From Camelus dromedarius (taxonomy: Eukaryota), in contig NC_087462.1 of the NCBI RefSeq assembly GCF_036321535.1, positions 2,170,001-2,234,000 of the forward strand: 64,000 nucleotides of DNA, in the 5' to 3' direction. A program made the translations under genes and the position numbers. This document shows positions 1 through 12,425 of the stretch, one piece after another. Below the pieces are notes generated by a model. It searched no databases, was not told the origin of the DNA, and saw only the letters and a list, made by a program, of their open reading frames with translations. The stretch's first letter is position 1. Every line of letters starts with the position of its first letter.

Positions 1-430
1 GCAGAACCAATAGGGGCTGGGTGTGTATGTGTTAGACAGATACAGAAATATAGATATAAACAGATAAAGATATTTATTTTAAGTAGTTGTCTCATGCCAG
101 GTGGGAGCTGGCACGTCTGAAATTTGTAGGGCAGGCCAGCATGCTGGAAATTCAGTTACGAGGCGATGTTGCAGCCTTGAGTCTGAAATCTGTAAGCCAG
201 GCAGGCTGAACACTCAGGTAGGACTTCTGTTACAGTTCAGAGACAGAATAACTTCTTTAACCAGGAAACCTCCGTATCTGCTCTTAGGTCCTTCAACTGA
301 TTTTATGTGGCCCATCCATATCCCAGAGGGCCAAGTGCTTCACTTAAGGTCAACAGATGGAGATGCAAATGGCATGTACAGGATCCCTGCACAGCAGCAT
401 TTAGATGAGGGTTCACAAAATTTAACCCTC
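1..430. mobile_element. ERVL-type LTR relic (MLT2-like)
   Basis: Contains GAAACCTCCGTATCTGCTCTTAGGTCCTTCAACTGATT..GGCCCATCCATAT, resembling MLT2-family LTRs from memory. Subfamily and bounds approximate. Confidence 0.6.
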
Positions 431-473
431 CCAGGCTGGATTTGATCCTTGGACCACAGTGTGCCAACACCTG

Positions 474-873
474 TGTCTTAGTTTCCTGGGGCCATTAAAT
501 CAAAATGTTACACACTGGGTGTCTTGAACCAGACATTTGCTGTCTCCCAGCTCTGGAGGCTAGAGTCCAAAATCAAGGTGTCCACAGGGCTGGTTCCTTC
601 TGAGGTCAGGGTGGAGAATCTGTTTCTGCACCCCTTCCTCGGCTTGCAGGCGTCTGTCTTCGTGTTCACATGGCCCCCTCCGTGTGTGCACCTCTGCCCA
701 AATTCCTCTTAGAAGGATGCCAGGCGTATTGGCCTAGGGCTCTCCCACAATGGCCTGCTTTGTAGCTTGATCACCTCCGTAAAGACCCCCTCTCCGAATA
801 CAGTCACGTTCTGAGGTCCTGGGGGTTAGGACTCCAACATATGCATTTGGGGAGGATACAGTTAGTCTCATAA
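474..873. mobile_element. MaLR LTR (MLT1 family)
   Basis: TTAGTTTCCTGGGGCC..CAGCTCTGGAGGCTAGAGTCCAAAATCAAGGTGTC..TTCTGAGGTCCTGGGGGTTAGGACT is typical MLT1 LTR sequence. Confidence 0.8.
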
Positions 874-879
874 TGCCCT

Positions 880-1900
880 GTTATTAATGTGGGTGGTGCT
901 GACTCCTTGCTGCATAGTATTCCATCAAATCAGTACAGCTCGCTTTTTTCATCTGTCCTAGTAAGGACGGGCATTCTGGTCGTTTCCAGTTTGGGGTTTT
1001 TATGCATGAAGCTGCTATGAAGCTCCTACGTGGGCCTCCTGGTGGATCCATGCAGCTCCGATGACAGGTGTGCACCTGCCTGTGTCAGCTAGTAGTGTCA
1101 GGCTGCTCCCCAGAGGGGCTGCCGCAGTCCCCCCCTCCACAAACACACACACAGGCTCCCAGCGGCCCTTGGCATCATCTGCCGTTCTCAGTTTTGCCCC
1201 GCTGACAGGCGTGAAGTGGCCCCTCACTTCTGCGCTACTTTGCATAGCCCCCGGGCTGGCCATTTCTTCTCTCCTCTGAAAGCCGTCCCCTCGTGTGCTC
1301 TGTCCACTTGGCTCTAGGGGTGCCATCTTTTTACAGTGGTTTTGAGGAGCAGGGCCTCCGTATTGCACAACTCCAGGGCAAACAGTCCCACTGAGACAGC
1401 TTGGAACTCAGGTTAGAGGGACAATGGCTGCCGCTGCAATATAGCAGCTCTGGGTAGGAGTTCCTTGTGTACTCCAGCTCTTGGCCCTGCCATTTTCCCT
1501 CCTGTCCCATCACCTGTCTAGTCACTCTGCTCCTAGTGTCCTTCTTTGGACAGAAAGATTTCATTTGAATGTCATCGAATTCACACATACTTTGCCTTCT
1601 GGCTTGTAGTTCAGAAGTTTTGTTTAAGAAGTTCTTTCTCACCTCCTGGGTTCTACAGCTCCCCTCTGACACCTTCTTCTATCAATGTTCCTGCTTTGTC
1701 TTTCATGTTTCAGTTTTTAATTCGGGGGGCGTCCACTTCTTCAGGTAACGTGGGTCTGGGGACCAGTGTCAGTTTTCTCATGGGACGCAAGCCTCTTTTC
1801 CCCAGTGCCATTGGCTGGCCCCACAGTCTTCTGCTGGTTGGCTTGTGATCTCACCTCCGCAGATATCCAAGGATGCACCCTGGGCTCTCAAATCTCTCTG
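880..1900 (-). mobile_element. Old L1M fragments
   Basis: T-rich antisense L1 3'-region motifs (GCATAGTATTCCAT, TTTGAGGAGC, TTTGTTTAAGAAG). Bounds approximate. Confidence 0.55.
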
Positions 1901-2126
1901 ATTGGTCTGTTTGACTATTTTAAACATCTGGCCGCACTGAACACAGTTGGTGAGCTGTGGACTCTCACACGCTCCATTTGACAGTTGGGAAAATTGAGGC
2001 TCAGGGCAGGAGCACTTCTAAAGTCATACTGTGGGAGGATGAGGGTACAGTCAGGACCAGAAGCTGGAGTGGGTCGAATGTTTCCATTGGTTCCATTTAT
2101 ATCCACTAGTCTAAAGTGGAGGAGGG

Positions 2127-2344
2127 GGGAGGTTGCAAAATTTTTCTCTAAAGGGGTGGATAGTCAATATTTTCAGCTTTGTGGGCCAGTCTCTGTCATG
2201 ACTACTCAACTCTGCAGTTGCACCACAAAAATAGCCATAGACGAGATGTAACTGAATGGAGTGGCTGTGTGCCAATAAAACTTTATTTATGAAAACAAGT
2301 GGTGGGCCAGACTTGGCCCCTGGGCTGTAGTTTACTGACCACTG
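2127..2344 (-). mobile_element. MER58A-like hAT-Charlie MITE
   Basis: TGGCTGTGTGCCAATAAAACTTTATTTATGAAAACAAGTGGTGGGCCAGACTTGGCCC..GTAGTTTACTGACCACTG. Confidence 0.8.
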
Positions 2345-2790
2345 GCGTAAATGTTTATCAAACCCCTAGTGGGTATCAAGCCCTGTTCCAGGCCCTGGGG
2401 TTACAGCATTGACAGAAATGAATAAGATAACTTCAGTGATGAGGCTACAGAACAGAAAATAGGATGGTAGGTGGGTGGCAAGGGAGAGGGAGACAGGAGT
2501 GGAGGCCTCAAGTGGAAAGTGTCCTGAAAGATGAGAAGTCAGCCTTGAAGGTATTGGGGAAAGGTGTTCCTGGCAGCGGGTGCAGCCTGTGCAAAGGCCC
2601 TAGGGCAGGACCATTCCTGGCATGTTGGAGGAACAAAGAAACCTGTGTGGCGAGGTGGAGAGAGGGAGGAGGTAGGGACAGGGAGGGGATGGGGCGGGTC
2701 ATGCAGGGCCCTGTGGGCCGAGGGGAGGACAGTGGATTTTACCCAAAGGGAGATGGGGAGCCATGGAGATATCAAGGAATATTTTACAGA
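2345..2790 (-). mobile_element. L2 3'-region fragment
   Basis: GTGCAAAGGCCCT..GCATGTTGGAGGAAC..GCAGGGCCCTGTGGGCC, antisense L2 hallmark. Confidence 0.75.
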
Positions 2791-4399
2791 TGGGGTAGGG
2801 TGGGACCAGAGCTGAAACCCAGGAAACTAGAGAGGAGCAAACGGCTCCACCTCTCAGAGCCTTAGCTTCCCCATCTGTAAAATAAGTCCCATGAAGCCTG
2901 CTTGCTCGCGCAGCGGAGCAAGAGCCTAAGGGATGTTCCCACTCCCGGGTCTTGGAGTCTGACGCAGTTTCAAGGTCTCACCTGAGTTGTTGGAAACGAC
3001 GTATGCCTGTTGGTACCCTATGCATAGAAGGCCTGCAGAGATGCTACAGGTGTGAGCGGTGGAGGACACTGGGTGACTAACTACCCACTGGGAAGACAGA
3101 GGAACGGAATGGGAGGAGAGAAATGATAAAGGGTTGGAGCCACGCCCAGCTCGCCAAGCCCTGGGGGGCAGAACCCTTTCTGCCCCTCCCACTTCCACTC
3201 TCCCTGGGTCTGCACCAGTCATGGTGGGGGGGGGGGCGGGGGGTCTCCAGGAGAAGCTGCCTGGTGGATTCAGTCATTACGGCGGGCGTGCTTCCTCCAG
3301 GCTGGGGACAGGTGGTCGGGATGGGAGTGAGTGTGTCATGGGGTGGACAAGAATGGGGACAATCTGGGCCATATCTGGGGTCTGGGAAGCTCTCCTGCCT
3401 CCTTCCTGCCTCGGGTGACACCAGACACCTGCAGGGGGCAGCGAGCAGCAGCCCAGGAGTTGGGGGCAGTGGGAACTCCAGCCTCTCCCCTATTCAGCAC
3501 AGTTACTGCTGCTGGCCAAGGCCCTGACCTTTCTCCCAGACCCCGGAGCTGAGTAATCGTTACTGGAAAAATAAATCAGCCTGCTGAGTGGCTGCAGTGC
3601 GTCCCCCTGGTGGGGTGGGGGGGAGATCACTCTGGGTCCCCAGCCTGGCAGCTGGAAGGGAGGGCACCGTGGCCTCAGTGAGTGCTGGGGCCAAGGTTCC
3701 TCCCCCGCACCATACTCTCTACCCCTCAACACTGGGCCCACACTCCCTCCAACACAAGGGCCCTCAAGTGACACTGCCCATCCCCCTCCCAGCTCCCTGC
3801 AAGGCTGACAGGTGGTTGCGGAAAAAGACCCAGGCACACCCCCCCCCCAAAATCCCCCAGGCCTTGATCCCACAGACATCCGGGTCCAGGAGGAGCAGGG
3901 CAGCCTCTCAGCTGAGTGCCTTGAACGTTAAGGGGGAAGGGATTCGAAATTCAGCTCTGTCACTTCTTTGCAGGGTGACTTTGAGCACATGACTCTCCCT
4001 TTCTGAGCCTCAGTTTCTGCCTCTGGGAAATAGGGGCAATAAAACACCACTTCCTGATTTTGTGAGGCTCCTGTGAGATGCCCACATCCTCAGCACAGAG
4101 CTTGGTCCTGAGCGGCTATGCAGTACACACGAACGTGTGCAGGGCGCTTCCTGGGTGCCGGGTCCCTGGAGCTGGCTTTCCAGGGAGCCAGACCAGAGAG
4201 GAAACACAGCACACAATGTCCAGGGACACTGAACCCCATAAGGAAAACCGAATCGATCGTTAGACTTTCTTATGATTGCCTGGCTGCTAGCCGACGAATA
4301 GCGTGGAGAGCCCACATTCCAGCTTCCGAGGCTTTCCAAGGCGTGCGCCGACTTGTGCCGAGCTCCCAAACGCTTCGCCCTGCAAGCCCATTTCTCAGA

Positions 4400-5760
4400 A
4401 GAGACCATGTGGTCTCGGGTTTGTCCGAGGTCACGAGCGCATGGTGCCGGGAGGGCCTGGGAGCGGATCTGCCAGGTGGCACACTTCCTGGATCCGCCCC
4501 CCTCCACCTCCTCCCGCAGAACCGGCGCCCTCCCAGCGGCACCCGGCCCCTGCAGCCCTGAGCAGGGGTCCAGGGGGCTGGGCTCAGGGGTGGGCGTGGC
4601 CAGGGTGGACCCTGAGGCGGGGCGCGCGGGAGCCGGGTGCCGCCACCCACCGCCAGGGCTGCCTGGAAGACGCCAGCGCCTAATCCTGGCTCCGGAGGAC
4701 ACGTTGTACTAGAGATGATATGAACCAGCCTCTCCCTTCGTTTGTTTAATTCTTTCAGGCTTTTCCTCTCGTCTGTCACTCTTTAATCGCCCTGTTAACG
4801 GAGCTGGGGGGTGGGGCGCTCCCGGCCAGGCCTCTTCCAGAGGGGGGGGTTCTGCAGCCCAACCCCCACCCCCACCCTCCCCGCCTTCTTTCTTAGATCC
4901 AAGTGGGGCCTCTGCCCGCCCCAGGCTAGGTCCAGCTGGTGGAAGGTGCATCGGGTGGCGGATGGAGCGTGCCAGGGAGACGGAGTCATAGGGACCAGAG
5001 CAGGGCACCCAAGTCAGGCTCTGGCACCGCTCTGACCCAAAGCATCTTGCCCCAGTTTTCTCGCCCAAAAAGTGGGGGTCCCGATGGTCCCCACCTCCAC
5101 TTTGTGGCGAAACCTCTTGTCCTTGAGAAAAAAATAAAAGAACCAAAATGTTAGTAAATAAATAAATACATAACCCAAGCCCACTGCACAGATGGGCACA
5201 CGGAGGCTGGGTTACCCTGCATGTCCCGGGCAAGGCTGGGAGTGGAGAGACCCAGCCGGGGGCCGGCCGCCACTCCGGCCCGCGGTGCCCCGTGGAGGGG
5301 AGGCTGAGGGGATGGAGAAATGGGGTGAGGGCCTCCAGTCCCCATGGCCCGGATTCCCCTGGGCCGGCCTCCAGCTCCCGCGGGGCAGCCTCAAGCTTGT
5401 GGCCAAGCCGCTCCGAACCCGCAACCCGCGTTTCCCTCGTCTGTCCGACAGGCCGGGTGGGCGGCGACGTCAGGGCGCCCGCCCTCCCCGCTCTGCCCCT
5501 TCGCATAACTCAGCTGCGCAGCCGGAAACACGGCGCCCACGACTCTCACCCTCTGCAGCCGGCTTCCTGCCGCTCCCCCAACTCGGGCGCCGGCCCCCCC
5601 CCCCACCCCGCTCCCCGGCCCCCACCCTGGGCCGCAGTCCTCCCCAAGGCTCCCACTCCCAGGAGGGCACCCCGCCTCCAGCCTCACATCCACCTGGGTG
5701 TGACCCAGGCTGCCCCCTGGGAAACCACTTGCTGGCTGCCCCCTGCCTGCAGCTGAAGGT
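4400..5760. promoter_or_regulatory. CpG-island-like region about 14 kb upstream of the NFIC upstream promoter
   Basis: High GC with frequent CpG; GC box, CRE-like GACGTCA (5466-5472), TGCGCA and CCGGAA motifs. Boundaries judged by eye. Confidence 0.6.
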
Positions 5761-8096
5761 CAGAGGGCAAAGGGTGAAGGCCAGGGAGCCATCTTTTCGG
5801 ATCTAGAGGAGCAGGAGTTGCTCCCCAACTTCTGGAAGGGAAAGAAATCTCTTATTCAGGACTTTCCCCAGCAGCTGGCAGGAGGCAGGAGGGAGCCCTC
5901 CTAGTGCGAAGAGAAGGCCCCAGCCCTACCCAGGGAACATTGAGGGGGTGTCTCTGGGGACACTCCTCCAGCCAGCAGGGCGACAGGTGAATAATGGCAA
6001 CCACAGGCATCATATGACTGTGCCCATTTTGCAGATGGGGAAACCGAGTCAAGGAGCAAGGATGCCTCCTGCCTGAGGCCACGCCAACTGACAGCCACAG
6101 AGCTGGGGTCTGAGCCTCCAAAGTCCTGAGTGCTGGGCCCTGGCGGGTGGGGGTGAGGGAAGGGGACCTCGGTGAGCCCCATGGAGCTGGAAATCACCGT
6201 GCCGCTCCCACACCCGCTGCTGCACAGAACTGGATCATTTTCTCTTCCCTGCAGTGGCCCCCGCCAGGCAGGTCAGTGAGTTCCTGTGGGACAGATGGGG
6301 AAACTGAGGCCCAAGAAAGAGAAGCACCTTGTCTGAGTTCCCACATGACAACGGCAGACACAGCCTGGGAAGTGACTGAGCCAGGCGGTAACAGGGGATG
6401 TGGGGAGGGTCCCCACACCTGCCCCGTATCATTCACCATCTCCCACCCTGTGAGATCCTGACCTCAGTTTCTCCCATCTGAAGGAGCCGTGCCAGAGAGC
6501 GGGACTTCGGAGGCTGCCTGGGGCCGGCGTGTATGGGCAGGCTCCGGAGTTCCAGGCCGTGCCCGAGCCCACACCCAGATGCCCGTGCCAGGCCCTCTGG
6601 CAAAGGCGCTGGGTGGAGGCCTTCCCCAGTCCCCTCCGCAGAGGTCTGGGCTTGACTTTGGCCACCACATTCCATGGCCTTCTCGCTGCCCCCAAATGTG
6701 GCAAGCTACCCCTCAAAGTCACATGGCAAACAAGTGGCAAAACCAGGATTCCAATCCAGCTCGGCTCGATTCCAAAGCCAAGATGTCTGGAGAAGTTCAA
6801 AGAGTTCAGGGATAAAGCTCCCTGGCCAACCGGGAGTCCCCCCGCCCATGGGCAAGTGGCCACATCTTCTGGGGCTGCAGCCTCCCTGTCTCCTCCAGAA
6901 GGATCACCACTCACCTGCTCTTTCCTCTGCTGCAATTTCAAGGGAGTGAAATGTGTCCAAAGGGGAGAAATTGGGGGCAAACTTCCTGCTCCACAGGTTT
7001 CCAAACCTGGGAAGTGCTACTAAGCATCTAACCCCAGTCCCTCTTGCTGCTTTGCTTCCCTTCCCAGCAGTTTGGAGGGTGGCAGGGATAAGCCCAGAGA
7101 AGCCCAGGGCCATGCCCTGAGCAAGGCAACAGCAGCGCCTCCCACCTTCCAGGAGAACTGGGGAGACAGGCTAGGGGGCCCAGCTCAGCGGAAACCAGTG
7201 TGCAAGTCTGAGGGGACCTGGGAATCTGCATGTTGCATGGTGTCACAGAGCCCTGGAACAGACCTGCTCCTCTCTGGGCCTCAGTTTCCCCATCCGTAAA
7301 ATGGGGGCACTGGTACTACACCCATCACTGGGCGGCTTTGAGAATTCATGCGTGGAGTGTGTAAAAGATTCGGGACAGGGTCTGGCACCTCGAGGTGCTG
7401 GGTGATGTTGGTTATTGGCATTCCTATTGTGATACAAGTGAGTGAGTCTGTCTCCACCGCATGCAGGGGTGTCATCCAAAGCATTTAACAACCACCAGAG
7501 CCCAGGCTGACTAATGAGAATAGAGGTCAGCTGTGGATGCTGGGAACGGACCTCTGGGGTAGGTTAACTGGCAGCTCTCTGTCCCACATAAGCGATGGGG
7601 GCAGAGGGCTGGACCACGGGGGCACCTACTGTGCACTCTTGCCGAGCCCAGGGAAGCCTGGGGAAGCAGGACAGAGAGCCCGGAGCAGGACCAGGGCAAT
7701 GAGGTGGAGGGAGCTGGAGCTGGCCTCAGGCTTAGCGTGTGATTGCGGGCAGGTGCCTCAGTGTGCACACCTGTGAAATGGGTTGAGGAGAAATGGCTGT
7801 GTTGATTGGGGATGTGTGGGGGGGATGGAGTCACATGTAGGTGAGGCATGGGTACCTGATACACAGTAGGTGCATTACAAACCTGTCCTGCTTTCATTGT
7901 CCCCACCTCCCACAGCTCTCATGAGGATAAATGAAGCCGCCCTGTACGGGCCCGGCCCGCGGCAGCAGACAGATCCGTGCTTGTTGAGTAAATCATGACA
8001 ACCAGGCAGCCCCTTCTTTGCACACAATGGTTTCCAGTTTCCGAAACGCCTAGACCCCTCCACTGCAGGGTCATCCCCCCACCTCCCGCCACCCGC

Positions 8097-8288
8097 CTCA
8101 GCACTGTGGATGTTTGGGGCCAGATCATTCTCTGTGGGGCCGTCCTGGGCGCTGTGGGGGATGAGCAGCACCTTGGAACCCCACCCACTTGATGCCAGGT
8201 GACCTCCCTCCAGTCGTGGTAACCACAAAAGTCCCCAGGCATGGCCCAATGTCTTCCCGGAGCAGAACCGCCCCCTTGAGAATCTCTG
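8097..8288 (-). mobile_element. MER20 (hAT-Charlie)
   Basis: CAGCACTGTGGATGTTTGGGGCCAGATCATTCT..GATGCCAG..TTGAGAATCTCTG matches MER20 antisense. Confidence 0.8.
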
Positions 8289-8974
8289 TGGCCTCACTGG
8301 CACCCACATTCAGAGGTTTCCTTTAGCAGAGGAGAGAATTGAGGCTCAGAGAGGGCGCACGGCACGTCAGGGTGGAGCCAGCCCCTGCCGCTGCCCCGGG
8401 CGCCCGCGCTGCACAGGACTCTGGGCCCACCTGCTGGGGGGTGGGCAGTCAACACCACCGGCCATGCCAGGGTTCCAGGAACTGGCAGAAGGAGCCCAGG
8501 GCATGCAACAGTTGCAAAATCTCTGGGCGGCACATCGGCATGCCTGGGCAGTGCCACCGCCTTGGCCCCGCGGGCACCGCCAGGAAAGAAACAGCAACTC
8601 AGAACTGGGCACCCGGACAAATGGTGGAATCCCAGGCATGGGGTGGCCGCTGGAGAAGAAGGGCCCAATCAGAGACTGCGCTTTGCTGCGTGGCCTGTCA
8701 GGACATGGCTGGGTAGGTCATGACCAATGAGAATGCCCCTAACGAGTCAGGCCCCATCTCTGGGAGAAGCCCATTGGCCCAATGAAGGGGTTCGGGGTGG
8801 ATCCCTTTGGTCCCCCAAATCCAGCCCTCTTGGTTCCTTTCAGACATCCCTCTGCTGGTGGTTCCTAATTCGGGGACCCAAGGGTTGGTTTGAGGGAGCT
8901 CCCTGTTTAGATATGTGCCCTCGGGCTGTTACCACCTCATAAAAGCCAGAATTATGCTTAAAAGTTCAGTAAGT

Positions 8975-9310
8975 CACTCACTAAATACTTACTGAGTAAC
9001 GACCATGTGCTGGGCACTGAGCAGGTGAAGATGAACAAGGCAGATGTAGAGGAAAAGCCACATTGGAAAGAAAGGAGTCTGGGTAGAGGGCATAGCCTAT
9101 GCAAAGGTCCTGGGGCGGGACTGTGCCCAGCATGTTGGAGGAACAGCCAGGAGGCCCGTGTGTCTGGAGGAAAGTGAACGAGGGGAGAGAGGGAGGGGGT
9201 GGGGCAGGTCTTGCGGGACCTTGTGGGCCATGTGGGGGACTTAGTCATCCTGAGGGCAATGGGGAGCCCTGGAAGGCTTTAGACAGTGGGAAGATGCGCT
9301 GTGCCGCCTA
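8975..9310 (-). mobile_element. L2 3'-region fragment
   Basis: TTCAGTAAGTCACTCACTAAATACTTACTGAG..GCAAAGGTCCTGGGG..CATGTTGGAGGAACAGCCAGG. Confidence 0.75.
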
Positions 9311-9559
9311 GAGACTGGAATTTGGGGTGAGGTCCTTCCCTTCTCTGGGTTTTTAAAGTCTGCCATAATCTTCTCATTCATCAAATTGGGAAGTGATAAT
9401 ACCTAAGGGGGGTGGTACTGATGTGAAGGTAAAGAAAGATTTCAGCAAGGTACCTGGCACATAGTAGGTACACAGCCTTCCCCTGGTCCAGCCCCCATCA
9501 CTGCCCACCTGGATTAGCACATTCCTTCCATCCTGGTCCCTAGCTCCCATCCTCACCCC

Positions 9560-10140
9560 CACAGTCTGTCCTCCCCGCAGTGGCCAGAGGGCGCCTGTGA
9601 GCCCCTAAGTCAGGTCCCACCCCTCTGTCCACAGCCCTCCAGGGCTCCCACCTCCCTGAGGGTAAAAGCTCAAGTCCTCTCTGCGGCCCATGAGGTCTGG
9701 CACGACCTGCCCCATCCGCTCCCTGCCCTCACCGCCTCCCTCTCCCCTCCTCGCTCATTCTGTTCCAGCCACACGGGCTTCTTCATTGTTCCTCCAACAC
9801 ACTAGACATGGCCCTGCCCCAGGACCTTTACGCGGACTGTGCCTTCTGGAACACTCTCCCCTTGGACACGCACATGACTCCCCCTCCACCTCCTGCAGGT
9901 CTCAGCTTAGTAAATTGCACCCCCAGGCCTGACCCCGGCTTCCCCCCCCCCTCCTCTCTCTCCTTCTGATTTTTCTCCGTGTTACCACCACCCAACGCTG
10001 TACATTTCTACTTCCACATCTTGCTCCTATGTGTCTCCCCTAATGGATCAGGTAGGAATTTTGACTTTTTTTATTCCCCATTGCATCCTCACTGTCCAGA
10101 AGATTGCCTGGCACACAGAAGATGCTTGATAAATGTTGAT
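9560..10140 (+). mobile_element. L2 3'-end fragment
   Basis: TTCCTCCAACAC..CCCAGGACCTTT..TGCCTGGCACACAGAAGATGCTTGATAAATGTTGATGG, L2 sense 3' end. Confidence 0.75.
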
Positions 10141-12120
10141 GGAGGACTTAGAGAAAAAAGACCAATTATCTTTACCCCCGCCTTCCCACACTGTTCCAGC
10201 TCAGTCCCTATTCCCCTTTCTGTATTCCCTCCACCCCTCCCCTGCCACCCTCCCAGCCCTAGGGGAGCCCCTGGGGCTCACTGGGCTGAGAGAGGAAAGG
10301 GCGGGTGCAGAAAGAGCCAGGCAGAGGTCCCCCAGCGCTCCGAAGTCTGGACACCCCCCACCAAGTGCTGCTAGCAGGGCAGCCGTCCCCCCCCCCTCTG
10401 CATCCACATGAGTTGTTTTTTGAATTAGAGGAGGGGGAGTAATTGGAGCGGGGCGTGTCTGTGTTTGTGGGAAGGCTTCGTGGCCTGGCTTGGTTTCGCT
10501 GGGCGGCTGGCTGGGACTCAGTTCTGGCCCGGTTCCTGGGGGAACTGAGAAGACAGGTCCCTGTGGGTGTGTGCAGACATGTGTAGGGGTCTTGACCCCC
10601 TGCCTGGCCCAGAAGCCCAGCTCAGCCCATCTGAGGGTCTGCTGAGGCCCAGGCAGGCCCTCTCCTCCAGCATTTTTTGTCCGGAATCCCTGCTCCTCAG
10701 CTCCAGACCCCAGTACCAAGGTTTTCAATGATGAACAGATGGTCTCATGGCCGAGAGGGGTGCGAGGTGCTGTGCTGAGCCCTGGAGGGGCACTAAGGCT
10801 GGGGGCTCCTCTGCGCCCCGGCTGGGGGTGTATGCCATCCTCAGAGGGTCCCCTGGTTTGGTTTGGCCACGTCGTGCTTGGCAGAGAAGGCATGGGGGAG
10901 GGTGGAGACCTGGGCCAGCTGCCATGTCAAATTCCTCCCTGGCAGCGGTGTGGGGGCGGGGAGGGAGAGGGTTTTTGTTTTTTGTTTTTTTTCCCAGCAG
11001 AATCCAAAGGAGGAGAGAGAGCTGTTGGCAGGAGGAAGGTATTGGAGCCAAGCCTAGGCCGGGCTCCCTCTGAATCACGCTCCTGGCCTTGCACTCAGCA
11101 GCTGGAGGGGGTGCGGGGAAGGGACCATGGTGCTTCTCATCCTCTGCCAGCATCGCTGAGTTTTGCAGAAAAGGGAGCTGCCTCCTCGAAGGACAGCAGC
11201 CCTGGGCTTCCAGGCCCCGGCCTAGCTGCTGCCCCCTCGCCCTCTAGCTACTCAGCAGGCTTCACTGCCTCCAACCTCCGCTGAGGCTGTTCCCTCCACC
11301 TGCGATGCCCTTCCCATCCATCTTGGTGTCTCTCCTGGCCACCTCCAATCTGGCCTTCCATTCCTCTAGACTACAGACCTCAGGTTGGAGCCTGAGACCA
11401 AAACAAAAGAAGCAGTAATACCAATCCTGACTTTATTTCAGCATGACATTTTGTTCATTGCAGATTTTTTAAAAGATGAGTTATCTTGTTTGTGCCGGGC
11501 TGAAACCCAGGCCCGGAGACCAAGGCAAGGAATATGAAGATTCAGTTTCTGGCCTCCACTGCTGGAAACAGACGCTGAACAGACAAGATCAGTGATGGAG
11601 GGGCCCCAGCATTGTGGGGCCCACTGGACACACAGCTTACCCGCTGTGTGACCCTGGGTGACTCCTGTCCTTCTCTGGGCCTGAGTGATGCTTCTTCTAT
11701 CACACAAGCTAATGAGGGTTTTCCCTGCTTCAAGGGCTGTTTATGCATGAAATGGGATAATAGCGGAAATAGCTGCCTACACAATGTAAGCTGTTATTAG
11801 GGCTTCAGGGCCACCCAGGGGCCTCAATTTCCTCATCTATAAAATGGGCATAATGATACCTGCTATGGCTAACCTCACGGGGCTCTGGAGCATGCAGGGG
11901 GAATGATGATGTTTTGTGGAGGGAAATTTTGAAGGCTGAGATAGTTCTGCAAAGATGAGGACGGAGGCTGAACCACCCCGCCAACCCCGCACCATTATAA
12001 CACCTCCTGCAGAAACACTGAAAAGACGTACTGGCTGTGTGACCTTGGGCAACTCTCTCAACCTCTCTGTGCCTCAGCTTCCTCATGTGTACCATGGGAA
12101 TGATGACAGTTCCTTCCACG

Positions 12121-12425
12121 CAGAGATTCGCAAACTGCGTCCCAAGGGCTAGATTTTTCTGTTCAGCTCTTGAGCTAAGAACACATAAATGGCTGAAAGG
12201 AATCAAAAGCATAATATTCTGTGACACGTGAAAAGGATGCGAAATTCACATTTTGATGTTTGTAAATAAAGTTTTATTGGCACCTGGCCATGCCCATTTG
12301 TTGACATGTGGACAGACACTGAACAGCTTTTGAGCTACAAGGTGTTGGTGCAGCAGAGACCCTCTGACCTACAAAGCTGAAACAGTCACTCTCTGGCTCT
12401 TTATGGAAAAAGTGTGTGAACCCTG
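12121..12425. mobile_element. MER58-family hAT-Charlie element
   Basis: CAGAGATTCGCAAAC left end; GTAAATAAAGTTTTATTGG core; GGAAAAAGTGTGTGAACCCTG right end. Confidence 0.65.

Noticed and set aside
2261-2275. TGGC-TGTGT-GCCAA NFI-like full site (similar at about 12277)
   Set aside because: Lies inside MER58 hAT elements, where related sequence is part of the repeat; no specific evidence of function.
4401-4416. GAGACC-ATGT-GGTCTC, outward-facing BsaI sites resembling a Golden Gate cassette
   Set aside because: No other vector sequence nearby; a 7-bp inverted repeat is expected by chance in 64 kb.
4441-4475. ATG..GCCAG|GTGGC as a possible distal coding first exon of NFIC
   Set aside because: The donor would be phase 2, whereas exon 2 needs phase 0; weak donor.
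4010-5806. 230-265-aa ORFs in the distal CpG island
   Set aside because: Same GC artefact; no splice-consistent gene structure.
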